Below are positions 53,817-63,042 of a stretch of 64,000 nt of DNA, one piece after another. Positions within the stretch are counted from its first letter, which is position 1. Each line of letters opens with the position of its first letter. Position numbers and translations under genes: made by a program. The stretch is taken from NCBI GenBank assembly GCA_023379675.1, contig JAMCPL010000014.1, forward strand, positions 72,185 through 136,184. The letters run 5' to 3'. The notes beneath the pieces were generated by a model. It was not told where the DNA came from. It saw only the letters and a program-made list of their open reading frames with translations, and did no database searches. Source of the stretch: Actinomycetota bacterium (GTDB taxonomy: Bacteria; Actinomycetota; Acidimicrobiia; Acidimicrobiales; JAMCPL01).

Positions 53817-56462
53817 CTACTGGTACCAGCCCACGACGTCCGCTACCACGTCGACGCTGCCTGCATTATTGAAGATTGACACCTGGCCGCTGGAACCGAT
53901 CTTCACGATTACGAGGTTCGGAACCGTCTCACCAAGCGCCCAGTTGAGATCGGAAGCCGTAGGGCGGTTTTGGCCTGTAGGCCATATGGTGAGATAGCTT
54001 GACGCCGTCGTGTGAGCAACCGTCACGTTCAGAACGACGGCGGTGGCTCCTGCCGGTACCCCGCCGACCCCTTGCACCTGAACTGCGAGAGAATCTCCTG
54101 GAGAGAGCGTCTGGCCTTCGTAGGGCTCTCCGGATCCCTGGCGGGTGTCGAGGATGCGGGCCGGGGTGATACCGGAGAACTGGGTAAGAGTGCTCCCCGT
54201 GCCGCCGGGAAGGGTGTACCAGCCCCCCACGTCCACTATCACGTTCGCCTGTCCTGAATTGTTGTAGATGGATACCTGGCCTTTGGGTCCGACCGGTACG
54301 GATACCCGGTTCGGTGTCGTCACGCCTTTCGTCCAGTTCAAGTTGGAAGCGGTAGGCCTTGGCGAACCTTGTGGCCACACGGTTAGGTAGCTCGATGCAG
54401 TAGTTCCGCTTACCGTCACGTTCAGAACTACCCCGGCCACCCCGCTTGCTGGCACGCCGCCCGCCCCCGCCGCCTGTATGGTCATGGTCTTTCCTCCGGA
54501 CAGCAGGCCGTCGGTGTTACACTGGGCTTCGGCGCCGGAGAGACCCGAGGGGTTGCCTGCCCTCGTGTCGCAAATGCGGGCAGGTGAGAGCGCATTGAAG
54601 AGGCCCGCTCCAGAAGTTGCCGGTCCTACATAGCCTTCTACGTCCACGATGACATCGGCGGAGCTGACGTTGTCGTAGATGGACACCTGCCCGGACGAGC
54701 CGAGAGCCACCTCCACGAGGTTCGGGACGGCCTCGCCTTTCGAGAAGTTCAGGTTGGAAGAAAGCGGCTCGGCGGTGCCGGACGGATAGATCGTGAAGAA
54801 TCCGGCTGCGCCGGCATTGTCTGCAGTCACATTCAGTACGGCAGCAGTGGCACCTGTGGAGGGGACCCCTCCCGAGGTCTGGCCGTTCGGGTCTGTTCCT
54901 GCCACTTGGATCGTAAGGGGGGTACCTCCCACAAGTGTCTTTCCTGCGCACTGAGCGTCTTGTCCTGACAGCCCCGAGGGGTTGCCTGCCCTCGTGTCGC
55001 AGATGCGGTAAGGGGTGAGCGGGTTGTATGGCGCTGGTACCGTCGGCTGGGAGGGGATCACCGGCTCAGAGGCCGCGGACCAGGGCCCGTTACCGTCGCA
55101 GTTGGTGGCCGCCACCATAAAGGTGTACTTCGTGCCGTTGGAAAGGCCAGTCACGCTGTAGCTGGTAGAGGTCGTGCCAGTAGCGGTGGAACTGACTAGG
55201 GTGGTGCCCGAGTAGACGGCGATGTCGTAGCTCGTGATCGGGCACTCGCCCTGCGAGGTTGGCGCCGTCCAAGAGAGGGCAGCCGTCGCGTTGGCCGGTG
55301 TTGCTATCACATTGTTCGGCTTGCCAGGCACGGTGTCGGCGTTGGTGTAGATGAAGAGGTAGCCGGTTGTGCTGTCGTCTCCTGCAGCACAGAAGGAGAT
55401 CGAAGGGCAAGAGATGGCCACGAGATTCCCGTTCGTGTCGACAGAGACCGCAGTGCTCCACGAAGTGCCGTCGAAGTAGAAGACATCCCCGAAGTAGGTT
55501 CCGTGTGCGCTCGAGGCACTCGCCACGCAGAACTTGGTGCTCGCGCAGGACACATCTTTGAGCTCCTCCTCGTTCTGGGGCACGACGGTTGTGGGTGAAG
55601 ACCATGTCGTCCCGTCGAAGGTGAGCGCTTGCCCTATCCAATCGACCGCTACACAGAACGACGGGGTGGGGCACGAGACGGACTCGATCTCACCGGTGTC
55701 GATCGGGTCGAGGGCGCTCCAAGCCGATCCGTCGTAGCTCGCGACGTCTCCCATGCCGTCGGTCGCGATGCACATGGTGGAGCTGGCGCACGATACCGAG
55801 ACCAGGGTCTTGGAGGTGGTACTGGTGTTGTCGACGAAAGTCGGCACTGTCCAGGTGGATCCGTCGTAGGTCATCGCGTAGCCGTTCGCGTCGACAGCTG
55901 CACAGAAGTTGGCGCTCGGGCACGACACGGACTCGAGAGAGACGGCATTCTGGCCCTGGTTTGCACTCCCCTGACCATCGATCAGAGTGGGTTTGCCCCA
56001 GGTGCCGTTCGAGTACTCGGTTGCGTAGCCCAAGCTGTCGACGACCATGCAGAAGGTGGTCGTCGGGCAGGAGATGTCCATAGCCCAGCTACCGTTGCCA
56101 TTCACCTCGGTATCGACGTGATTGCTGCTGGGATCGGTCCAGGCGGTGCCATTGTAGAAGACAGCGTCACCGGAACTGTCGACAGCCATACACCAGGTTG
56201 AACTCACGCACGACATCCCGGCAAACGACGGGGACTCCGGATAGATGTTGTTCTGGTGGGGATCGAGCGGCGCGCTCCAAGTTCCGGTCGAGGCCGCTGC
56301 GAGAGGGCTGACGGTGAGGACGCTTGTCATGACGTATACCACTAGGACGGATACCGCGAGGAAGGGCTGCCACCTGGACAAGAGCCGAACGACATAGACA
56401 TGCGTTTTTCCTGGAAATGATTGCATACCTCCAAGATTAGGGAGCGTCGCTGGCCATAGCAT
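53817..56462 (-). CDS. giant secreted/surface protein: Cys-pair ~42-aa repeats, FN3, then three 'RICDTR' modules
   Basis: It has repeats of the form YDGSTWT...VSCASSTMCIA, the FN3 signature PGKPNNVIATPANATAALSWTAP, and three modules over 53820-55040. The start is ATG 56462 or 56426. Confidence 0.75.
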   Translation of the reverse strand: MLWPATLPNLGGMQSFPGKTHVYVVRLLSRWQPFLAVSVLVVYVMTSVLTVSPLAAASTGTWSAPLDPHQNNIYPESPSFAGMSCVSSTWCMAVDSSGDAVFYNGTAWTDPSSNHVDTEVNGNGSWAMDISCPTTTFCMVVDSLGYATEYSNGTWGKPTLIDGQGSANQGQNAVSLESVSCPSANFCAAVDANGYAMTYDGSTWTVPTFVDNTSTTSKTLVSVSCASSTMCIATDGMGDVASYDGSAWSALDPIDTGEIESVSCPTPSFCVAVDWIGQALTFDGTTWSSPTTVVPQNEEELKDVSCASTKFCVASASSAHGTYFGDVFYFDGTSWSTAVSVDTNGNLVAISCPSISFCAAGDDSTTGYLFIYTNADTVPGKPNNVIATPANATAALSWTAPTSQGECPITSYDIAVYSGTTLVSSTATGTTSTSYSVTGLSNGTKYTFMVAATNCDGNGPWSAASEPVIPSQPTVPAPYNPLTPYRICDTRAGNPSGLSGQDAQCAGKTLVGGTPLTIQVAGTDPNGQTSGGVPSTGATAAVLNVTADNAGAAGFFTIYPSGTAEPLSSNLNFSKGEAVPNLVEVALGSSGQVSIYDNVSSADVIVDVEGYVGPATSGAGLFNALSPARICDTRAGNPSGLSGAEAQCNTDGLLSGGKTMTIQAAGAGGVPASGVAGVVLNVTVSGTTASSYLTVWPQGSPRPTASNLNWTKGVTTPNRVSVPVGPKGQVSIYNNSGQANVIVDVGGWYTLPGGTGSTLTQFSGITPARILDTRQGSGEPYEGQTLSPGDSLAVQVQGVGGVPAGATAVVLNVTVAHTTASSYLTIWPTGQNRPTASDLNWALGETVPNLVIVKIGSSGQVSIFNNAGSVDVVADVVGWYQ

Positions 56463-56482
56463 CGGGAAGTTCCCCTATTTTT
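56458..56482 (-). promoter_or_regulatory. Copy 3 (partial) of the repeated 5' element: aaaatAGGGGAACTTCCCGATGCT
   Basis: The reverse complement of 56458-56482 matches aaatGGGGAAGTTCACCGATGCT of copies 1 and 2. Here the ATG (56462) opens the long ORF. Confidence 0.45.
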
Positions 56483-56585
56483 AGGAGTAGACGGATAGGA
56501 GCGGGGCACAAGCCCGGCGCAGCACTACCAAGCACTCAACAGCATCCGACACGACTTCCTGACTTTCTGGCCTTCTGGATGACAG

Positions 56586-59441
56586 CTAGGACGCCCCGGC
56601 GCTCGGGTGGCACTCCTCGACCAGATCATCGCGCCAGGTGAGCATGAGTTCCCTTCTGGAGCCGATCCCGAGCTTCGCATACACACTTGACAGGTGGTGG
56701 TCGACGGTCTTCGGCGATATGAAGAGGCGCTCCGCCAGCTGCTTGTTCGTGAGGCCTCCCGCAGCCAGCGCTGCGACGCGCTTCTCCTGGGGACTGAGCA
56801 CCACACGTGAAGCGGACTTGCGACGGCGCCCTCCTGCGGCGGCGAGTTCCTGTTTGGCAATCCGTTGGATCCGCACCGCTCCCGCCGGTTCTGCAAGGTC
56901 GAGCGCCCGTCGCAACACACCCTTGGCCGGCACCGCTCGATCAGTCAAGCGCAGGAACCTACCGTACGCGACGAGCGTCTCTGCCTCTGCGAGCGGCATC
57001 CCAACCCCGCAGTGGTGACCGAGAGCCTCCTCGTAGAGCCTCTCGGCATCGTCAAGCTTTCCCAGACGCCATGCCAACGTTGCCCGACCGGCAGCGGCCA
57101 CAGCACGCGGAGTACGACACTCCAGCGGTTCGCAGCGCTCTTCGAGGGAATCGAGCAAGCCCTCGAGGCGATCGAGTTTCCGAGCGGACGCATAGGCCTC
57201 GATCGCCGCCGCATGCCAGGGCACGACGCAGGGCTCGAGTATGCCGGACTCCCCTGCCAGCGACCCGGCGCACTCGGCAGCAGCTACGGCCTCGGTAATC
57301 CGCCCCGCCTGCAAGTGGTCGCGGCACGTGACAAGCAACAGCCAGAGACGCAGGTAGGGCGGGTCGCCCATCACGGTAGCCGCGGCATCGACACGTTCGA
57401 GCCACATGGCGCTCTCCTCGTCGCGTCCGAGTTCCTGGCAGAGATGCGCCATTCCCACTGAGGCGTGCGTTCCCACCGCTCTCGCTATCTCGATCATCTC
57501 GGTGGCCGATCGGAGCAGGCCGTATGCCTCTTCGATACGCCCCACTCGCCACAGCGTGTCGGCGTGGTTCACTGCATAGCCCTCATAGGTGAGCATCGCG
57601 CCCTGGCTCATCGCCCGACTCGCGATCGAGGCGTGGGCGGCCGCCTCCTCCTCGAAGCGCTCCGCCAGCTTCGCCAGCAACGAGTACCCGAACCGCACGT
57701 CCCAGAACCACGGAGTTGGATCATTGGCGGCTTCCGCCTCGAGGGCTACACCGGCAGCTTCCGCTACGGCATCGATGCCGTACGCATCGCCCTGCAGGTA
57801 CGCGAGGTAGGCGTCCGCAGTTAAGGCTGACAGGTGAAGTCGCTCATCGACGATCCCATACTTATCGATCATGGACAACACGCGCTGGGTTGTGGCACGC
57901 GCTCTCCGCGGTCCTTCGAAGAGCCAACCGAAGAAGGTGTAGTCGAGCAATGTATCGCAGGCAAGCACGGGATCGAACTCGAGCGCGATCGACGATGCCT
58001 CCTCAGAGCACTTCTTCGCTCCGGCAAGGGAGACGGTGGCGAGCAGCACTTGGGCGAGCAGGCGTAGGACCGCGACGCGTTCAGGACCGGACAACGGCTC
58101 CCTGGTGGCGACACCTGTGTCGAGTACGGCCCGAAGCACCTCCTCCGCCTCCGTGGCGTGTCCTATCGCCAGTTCGGCTTGGGCCAGCTCGATCTGCAAG
58201 CCAAGCGGCGCGGAACCCTCGGCCATACCGACAGCGCTTTTCAGGTGCTCCACCGCGGTCGCGAGCGCCCCTGCCGCAACGCTGACGCGACCAGCTTCGG
58301 CGAGCGCGCCGATCGCCTCGGGGTCTCCTCGCATCCCTGCTGCGACCGCGTGGGAGGCAGCCGCCGGCGCGCCACGAGCGTGCAGCACGCGGAATGCCTG
58401 AGTGTGCATGGCGCGGCGTACCGGCTCGGGCATGTCCTCGTAGAGCGCTTCGCGGAACAGGGGATGGACAAACTCGGCGTCGTCACGGGGGGTACCCCGG
58501 ACGAGCCCAGCACGGCAGAGCGCGTCGAGTGCAGCGAGGGACACCGCCTCGCTCTGTCCGACCAGACCAGCTACAACAGACGTGCTGAAACGCGTACCGA
58601 GCACGCTCGCTCCTCGGGCAAAGTGCAGCGCGCTGGTCCCGACTCCGGCGAATCGGGCCAGGTAGATCCGCTCGGCCAATGCGCGGGCAGATTTGGTGGC
58701 GGCAATAGATGACCCCTCGCTCCGACGCCAAGTGGAGGCGAGCTCTCCAAGCAGGAGCGGGTTGCCCGCGCATACTCCCAACGCCCGAGTTGCCAGATCA
58801 TCAGGTACGTCGTTACCCAGGTGCTTGGCCAAGAGTGCTCGGCCGGCACCATCGGACAGTGGCGCAAGACGTTCGATGGTTGCATGCCCCTCAACGGCCA
58901 ACAGGCGCGCTTGACCGTACGCCAGGTCCGGCCACGGGCGCGCCGCGGCCACTACGGCGACCGGAATCCCCCCTATCCTCCTGCAAATGAGCGCCAGGAG
59001 TTCCGCTGAGTCGGTGTCCGCCCAGTGAAGATCGTCGATCGCAACCAACAATGGCTTTGGCGCACGCTCTCGTAGCCAATCGAGGAGATCCACGTAGTGC
59101 CTCGCCCGTGCCTCGCCCGATCCGATTCCGTCCCGCCCTCCCGCAAACACTCCGAGCCCACCGAACAGGCGGGTAAGCAACCCAAAAGGAAGCACCGACT
59201 CCGCCTCCGAGCAGCCGGCCGCCCTTATGGTGAAGTCCGTGGCGCGCGCGCAGGCATCCGCGAAGAGGGTCGTCTTGCCAAGACCTGCTTCACCGATCAA
59301 GAACAGCACGCCGCCCTCGCCTGCGCGCCCCCTTCTGAGGATCTCCGCCACGGCTTCAAGTGCCGCCTCGCGCTCAAGCAGGTCCGGGCCGGTCCCTAGC
59401 GAGGCCGAGGCTCCAAGGAACCGATCCTTCCCCACCATCAA
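56586..59441 (-). CDS. LAL-type (large ATP-binding LuxR family) transcriptional regulator
   Basis: It has an N-terminal Walker A GEAGLGKTTL, a long helical/TPR-like middle, and a C-terminal HTH LSPQEKRVAALAAGGLTNKQLAERLFISPKTVDHHLSSVYAKLG. Confidence 0.85.
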   Translation of the reverse strand: MMVGKDRFLGASASLGTGPDLLEREAALEAVAEILRRGRAGEGGVLFLIGEAGLGKTTLFADACARATDFTIRAAGCSEAESVLPFGLLTRLFGGLGVFAGGRDGIGSGEARARHYVDLLDWLRERAPKPLLVAIDDLHWADTDSAELLALICRRIGGIPVAVVAAARPWPDLAYGQARLLAVEGHATIERLAPLSDGAGRALLAKHLGNDVPDDLATRALGVCAGNPLLLGELASTWRRSEGSSIAATKSARALAERIYLARFAGVGTSALHFARGASVLGTRFSTSVVAGLVGQSEAVSLAALDALCRAGLVRGTPRDDAEFVHPLFREALYEDMPEPVRRAMHTQAFRVLHARGAPAAASHAVAAGMRGDPEAIGALAEAGRVSVAAGALATAVEHLKSAVGMAEGSAPLGLQIELAQAELAIGHATEAEEVLRAVLDTGVATREPLSGPERVAVLRLLAQVLLATVSLAGAKKCSEEASSIALEFDPVLACDTLLDYTFFGWLFEGPRRARATTQRVLSMIDKYGIVDERLHLSALTADAYLAYLQGDAYGIDAVAEAAGVALEAEAANDPTPWFWDVRFGYSLLAKLAERFEEEAAAHASIASRAMSQGAMLTYEGYAVNHADTLWRVGRIEEAYGLLRSATEMIEIARAVGTHASVGMAHLCQELGRDEESAMWLERVDAAATVMGDPPYLRLWLLLVTCRDHLQAGRITEAVAAAECAGSLAGESGILEPCVVPWHAAAIEAYASARKLDRLEGLLDSLEERCEPLECRTPRAVAAAGRATLAWRLGKLDDAERLYEEALGHHCGVGMPLAEAETLVAYGRFLRLTDRAVPAKGVLRRALDLAEPAGAVRIQRIAKQELAAAGGRRRKSASRVVLSPQEKRVAALAAGGLTNKQLAERLFISPKTVDHHLSSVYAKLGIGSRRELMLTWRDDLVEECHPSAGAS

Positions 59442-59802
59442 GAGCTCCTAAAGGGAAATGGCGACTGCAGCCATCTCGGAGATCACAGGCCGAACCTTTT
59501 TCTCGAGCCGGTGCCAAATTCGCGCAGTTGCCACTGCGCCGGCGAACACAACCACCGAGCGGTGGCCGGCGAAGCCCTCCTGGCCGACCCATGGCGACAT
59601 GACACTGTTCCGGCTCATATAATCAGTGGGCATTCCTGCCCTGCAACTTGGCGATGATATACATCTCATATTTAAGGTTACCATGGTCACCGGCAAAACG
59701 CAGGACTTTTACCTTGATAAACGTGCTAATCAAGGCGTTACCTCGAAAGAAGTTCACGGCCGCTTCGGAATCTGGCTTAGAGGCCGGCGTATCGACAAGG
59801 AA

Positions 59803-59881
59803 CCAACCTTACAAATGGGGAGGTTCCCCGATGCTCGACAATGGAGAACCCCTTATGATTCTGTTCTATGGCACATTGTGA
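59803..59881 (+). promoter_or_regulatory. Copy 2 of the repeated ~76-nt 5' element with a 16-codon mini-ORF (59831-59881)
   Basis: It reads ccaaccttacaaatGGGGAGGTTCCCCgATGctcgacaatggagaacccctt... The mini-ORF is MLDNGEPLMILFYGTL*. Confidence 0.5.
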
Positions 59882-59968
59882 GCTTCGTTTCCGGCATATC
59901 GGTACATCCATCGGTCATGCTTATGGTCCTTCAAGGCATTGCAGCTGATTCCTTGCAACGACCGCTGG

Positions 59969-60010
59969 AACTCGCCGTGCATGCAGGAAAACTCGCCGTG
60001 CATGCAGGAA
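59969..60010. repeat. Perfect 2x21-bp tandem repeat aactcgccgTGCATGCAggaa
   Basis: 59969-59989 equals 59990-60010. Each unit carries the palindrome TGCATGCA. It lies about 55 nt upstream of the ATG at 60066. Confidence 0.7.
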
Positions 60011-60065
60011 AGAGCCACAAGGCAATAGATTCGACAACACAACTATGACTACGGAGGTTTGGCAT

Positions 60066-60683
60066 ATGAGTACATTGAATAGAATCGAGGAACCGTTGAA
60101 TGGTCTTTTCGGCGATGAGGGTCCCGTTCAACTCCCAGATGCGGCAAAGGACTGGATTGCCCGTTATGCATGGATGTTGGCTCTTATCGGTGGAGTATCA
60201 TTGCTCTTGTCATCGTGGGCATTCTGGACGGCCGCCAATGCCCTCCACGCATTAAATGCATACTGCAATTCGTATGCCGGCAACCCTTATTTGAGGGGGA
60301 TTGCCCATGAGTGCATGGCGTCGTCGCCCGGAGTGTTCTTTTACGTGGCGTTTATAACCGTATTGGCAACTGGCATCTTGTATATAGTTGCTGCACTGAA
60401 ACTCAAGGAGATGTCCAAAGTTGGATGGGATCTTTTGTTCCTAGCTAGTTTGGTATACCTTGTTTACGGGATATTAACAATATTTGCTGGATATGGTATC
60501 AATATCGTCGCTGCTGTAATTGGAGCGGCTGTCACGTGGTTTTTCCTCTTTCAAATCCGGAGCCGCTTTACAGGAGAAGTTCCCCTACCACCTGCGATGC
60601 CGCATATGTCACCGCAGCCGCCATCGCAATATCCTCCTTCAAACCCTGGACCACCAGCGCCCCCATCACTTCCACAGGGATAA
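60066..60683 (+). CDS. hypothetical polytopic membrane protein with a Pro-rich C-terminus
   Basis: GGAGG lies 8 nt upstream of the ATG at 60066. It has four hydrophobic segments and the tail PPAMPHMSPQPPSQYPPSNPGPPAPPSLPQG. Confidence 0.6.
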   Translation: MSTLNRIEEPLNGLFGDEGPVQLPDAAKDWIARYAWMLALIGGVSLLLSSWAFWTAANALHALNAYCNSYAGNPYLRGIAHECMASSPGVFFYVAFITVLATGILYIVAALKLKEMSKVGWDLLFLASLVYLVYGILTIFAGYGINIVAAVIGAAVTWFFLFQIRSRFTGEVPLPPAMPHMSPQPPSQYPPSNPGPPAPPSLPQG

Positions 60684-60697
60684 ACAGGATAATCAAG

Positions 60698-60967
60698 GTG
60701 ATCGCTCGTAAGGCATTGCTCGCCTTCTTGGGTGCTGTAGGCATCACGGGCTCAGCTCACCCAAAGTTCCCCGTAGGCGCCGACCACTGCACCGGTGCGG
60801 CACTCCAACCAGGACGGAGTTGCACCTTCGCAGTGGCATTCGAGCCGGGATCAAGCGACCACGGTTATCAGGATGCCACCTTGAAGGTCATCACCGACGC
60901 AAAAGTGGGCACCTACACATCCGCTCTATGCGGCACCGCTGTTCCGTTGCCAGCAAAGTCGAGTTGA
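60698..60967 (+). CDS. small secreted protein with an ASH/choice-of-anchor-D-like motif
   Basis: The in-frame GTG at 60698 gives VIARKALLAFLGAVGITGSA (signal peptide) followed by CTGAALQPGRSCTFAVAFEP. The track start at 60536 overlaps the upstream gene. Confidence 0.45.
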   Translation: MIARKALLAFLGAVGITGSAHPKFPVGADHCTGAALQPGRSCTFAVAFEPGSSDHGYQDATLKVITDAKVGTYTSALCGTAVPLPAKSS

Positions 60968-61069
60968 CAAAGCTCCATTCAAACGCATTTCCTCGACCAA
61001 AGGCGATTACCCTTGTTATCCTGCCAAGCAATAGGGCATTAGCCGCTTGCCTGCAACGCCCCGACTGCG

Positions 61070-62908
61070 ATGAGCACCTATAATGAGGTGGTGTTTGAAT
61101 CCCTGCGTCGCCACAGTCCGGACACCCTTGCTCGAGCACGCGGTGATTCCCCGGTGGATCTCCTGCTTACCAACGCCAATCTATTCGTCCCGACCACCAA
61201 GGAATGGATAATGACCGACATCGCTATCGCAGGCGGGGTAGTGGCCGGTTGGGGACGCAGGGAGGCATCCCGGGAGATAGACCTGGATGGCGCCTGGGTT
61301 ACTCCAGGATTCATAGATGCTCACATGCACATCGAGTCCACCAAATTGTGGATACCCAACTTTGTCGGGGCTGTCCTGCCTTGGGGAACGGTTGCAGTTG
61401 CCAACGACCCTCATGAAATGGCCAATGTGGCTGGGATTGATGGGGTAAAAGCAATGATACAGGCGGCCATGGAAATGCCCTTTACGTTCGGATTCTCCGC
61501 CTCCTCATGCGTTCCTGCCTCCATATTCGAGAGTAACGGAGCGATATTTGACCTCGCTGAGATGGAGGAGGTCCTTGGATCCCCCTTGGGCATTGGTATT
61601 GCGGAAGTGATGAACTACCCTGGGGTCATCCATGGCGACGAGGCGCTGATGGCCAAGATTGCGGCAGCAGGCAACAAGCGAGTAGACGGTCATGCGCCCG
61701 GGGTAACGGGTCGCGATCTGGATGCCTATCTCTGTGCCGGAGTCGAATCGGACCATGAGATGGCCAGCTATGAAGAGGTGGTCGAAAAGCGGAGAAAGGG
61801 GATGTGGGTATTTCTCAGGCAAGGTTCGGCAAGCTGGAACATCCCCACGCTGGCAAGGACCGTCATCGAGTCAGGAACCTCCAGAGTGGCCCTATGCAGC
61901 GACGACAGGGAACCAGACCTTATCGAACAAAAAGGACATATGAACCACTGCATAGGTGTCGCTGTGGAGTCAGGCATCAGCCTGGAAGATGCGTTGGTAC
62001 TGGCCACCCTGAACCCGGCGGAGTATCATGGCTTCAAGCACCTGGGCATTGTCGCTCCCGGTTACCAGGCCGACTTGAATATCTTCACCTCCGTGGATCC
62101 ACTCGATCTCAGGCCTAATATGGTGTTCCAGAGGGGGAATCTGGTGGCTCAGGAAGGTAAACTCCTGGCAGTATTAAAACGTGTCAACCCTCCCGAATCG
62201 GTAAGGAGTTCGGTAAAACTCGCCTACAAGCTGGCTCCTGACTCGTTCACTCTGAACTGCAAAGAAGGCGACCCGGTACGGGTCATCGAAGTAACCACAC
62301 GCTCACTATGGACAGCGGCCAGTACGGCCACTTTCTCTCTAGCGGACCAGAAACTGAACCAGCTGGCCGTTGTGGAACGCCACACTGGCGGTGGGCGGAT
62401 GGCCAACGGGCTGGTAAGGGGCTTCGGGCTGAAATGTGGCGCCATGGCGTCCACGGTTGCACATGACGCTCACAATCTCATGATAGTTGGCGCCAACAGC
62501 GACCGGGGCAGAGCCGATATGGCAACTGCCGGCAACCGGATCGCAGAAATAGGCGGCGGTCAAGTGGTCTGCCTGGATGGCGAGATAATCGCCGAAATCC
62601 GGCTACCGATCGCCGGACTCATGAGCGACCAGGAAATCGGGGAACTGGCCCCCCAGGTGGTGTTTGCCCACGAAGCCGCCTCGGCCAGGCTCGGCTGTTC
62701 TCTCGATGCGCCATTCATGACTCTGTCATTTCTCGGTCTGTCTGTGATACCCGAGCTCAAGCTAACCGACAAGGGCCTAGTCGATGTAGACCGCTTCGAG
62801 CTGGTGGACCTGGTGGCCAGCGGGGACGGCTTCACGGTCGGCAATGCGCATGGGAGCTCGCACGGATCCTCGGCTGCCAGCTCAATTTCCGACTTGACTG
62901 CCGGCTAG
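61070..62908 (+). CDS. ade: adenine deaminase
   Basis: It contains GFIDAHMHIESTKL and NDPHEMANV. 612 aa, amidohydrolase fold. Confidence 0.8.
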   Translation: MSTYNEVVFESLRRHSPDTLARARGDSPVDLLLTNANLFVPTTKEWIMTDIAIAGGVVAGWGRREASREIDLDGAWVTPGFIDAHMHIESTKLWIPNFVGAVLPWGTVAVANDPHEMANVAGIDGVKAMIQAAMEMPFTFGFSASSCVPASIFESNGAIFDLAEMEEVLGSPLGIGIAEVMNYPGVIHGDEALMAKIAAAGNKRVDGHAPGVTGRDLDAYLCAGVESDHEMASYEEVVEKRRKGMWVFLRQGSASWNIPTLARTVIESGTSRVALCSDDREPDLIEQKGHMNHCIGVAVESGISLEDALVLATLNPAEYHGFKHLGIVAPGYQADLNIFTSVDPLDLRPNMVFQRGNLVAQEGKLLAVLKRVNPPESVRSSVKLAYKLAPDSFTLNCKEGDPVRVIEVTTRSLWTAASTATFSLADQKLNQLAVVERHTGGGRMANGLVRGFGLKCGAMASTVAHDAHNLMIVGANSDRGRADMATAGNRIAEIGGGQVVCLDGEIIAEIRLPIAGLMSDQEIGELAPQVVFAHEAASARLGCSLDAPFMTLSFLGLSVIPELKLTDKGLVDVDRFELVDLVASGDGFTVGNAHGSSHGSSAASSISDLTAG

Positions 62909-62978
62909 GACAGCAACTCACAGGCGCGAGGATATGCCTACCTGATCTCTTGGCGATATACTGCCATGCTTAGCTATT

Positions 62979-63006
62979 CTCGACGTTCCGGTCTCGACGT
63001 TCCGGT
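62979..63006. repeat. Perfect 2x14-bp tandem repeat ctcgacgttccggt upstream of the GT4 gene
   Basis: 62979-62992 equals 62993-63006. It lies 37 nt upstream of the ATG at 63043. Confidence 0.6.
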
Positions 63007-63042
63007 CTGCCGTGCACTATACTTTCGCGCCATGCAACACCT

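Noticed and set aside
59448-59800. 82-aa minus-strand ORF, plus a protein-like open frame (...AVNFFRGNALISTFIKVKVLRFAGDHGNLKYEMYIIAKLQGRNAH*) between the LuxR gene and repeat copy 2
   Set aside because: The protein-like frame has no ATG and only an internal GTG, which would give 44 codons. I recognise no motifs. It may be a gene remnant but cannot be supported.
49425-59881. The two mini-ORFs interpreted as a conserved functional peptide
   Set aside because: Most of the nucleotide differences between the two copies after codon 6 change the amino acid or the stop (L/P, I/M, R/L, C/F, D/G, stop/L). The upstream non-coding part, by contrast, is almost invariant. Conservation therefore looks nucleotide-level (DNA or RNA element) rather than peptide-level, so they are kept only as an alternative.
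9019-63006. Possibility that the short tandem repeats (9019-9081, 6041-6078, 32541-32570, 59969-60010, 62979-63006) are CRISPR arrays
   Set aside because: Each has only two units with no spacers, or spacers of only a few bp. No cas genes are present and one repeat is in-frame coding. They are treated as operators or slippage repeats.
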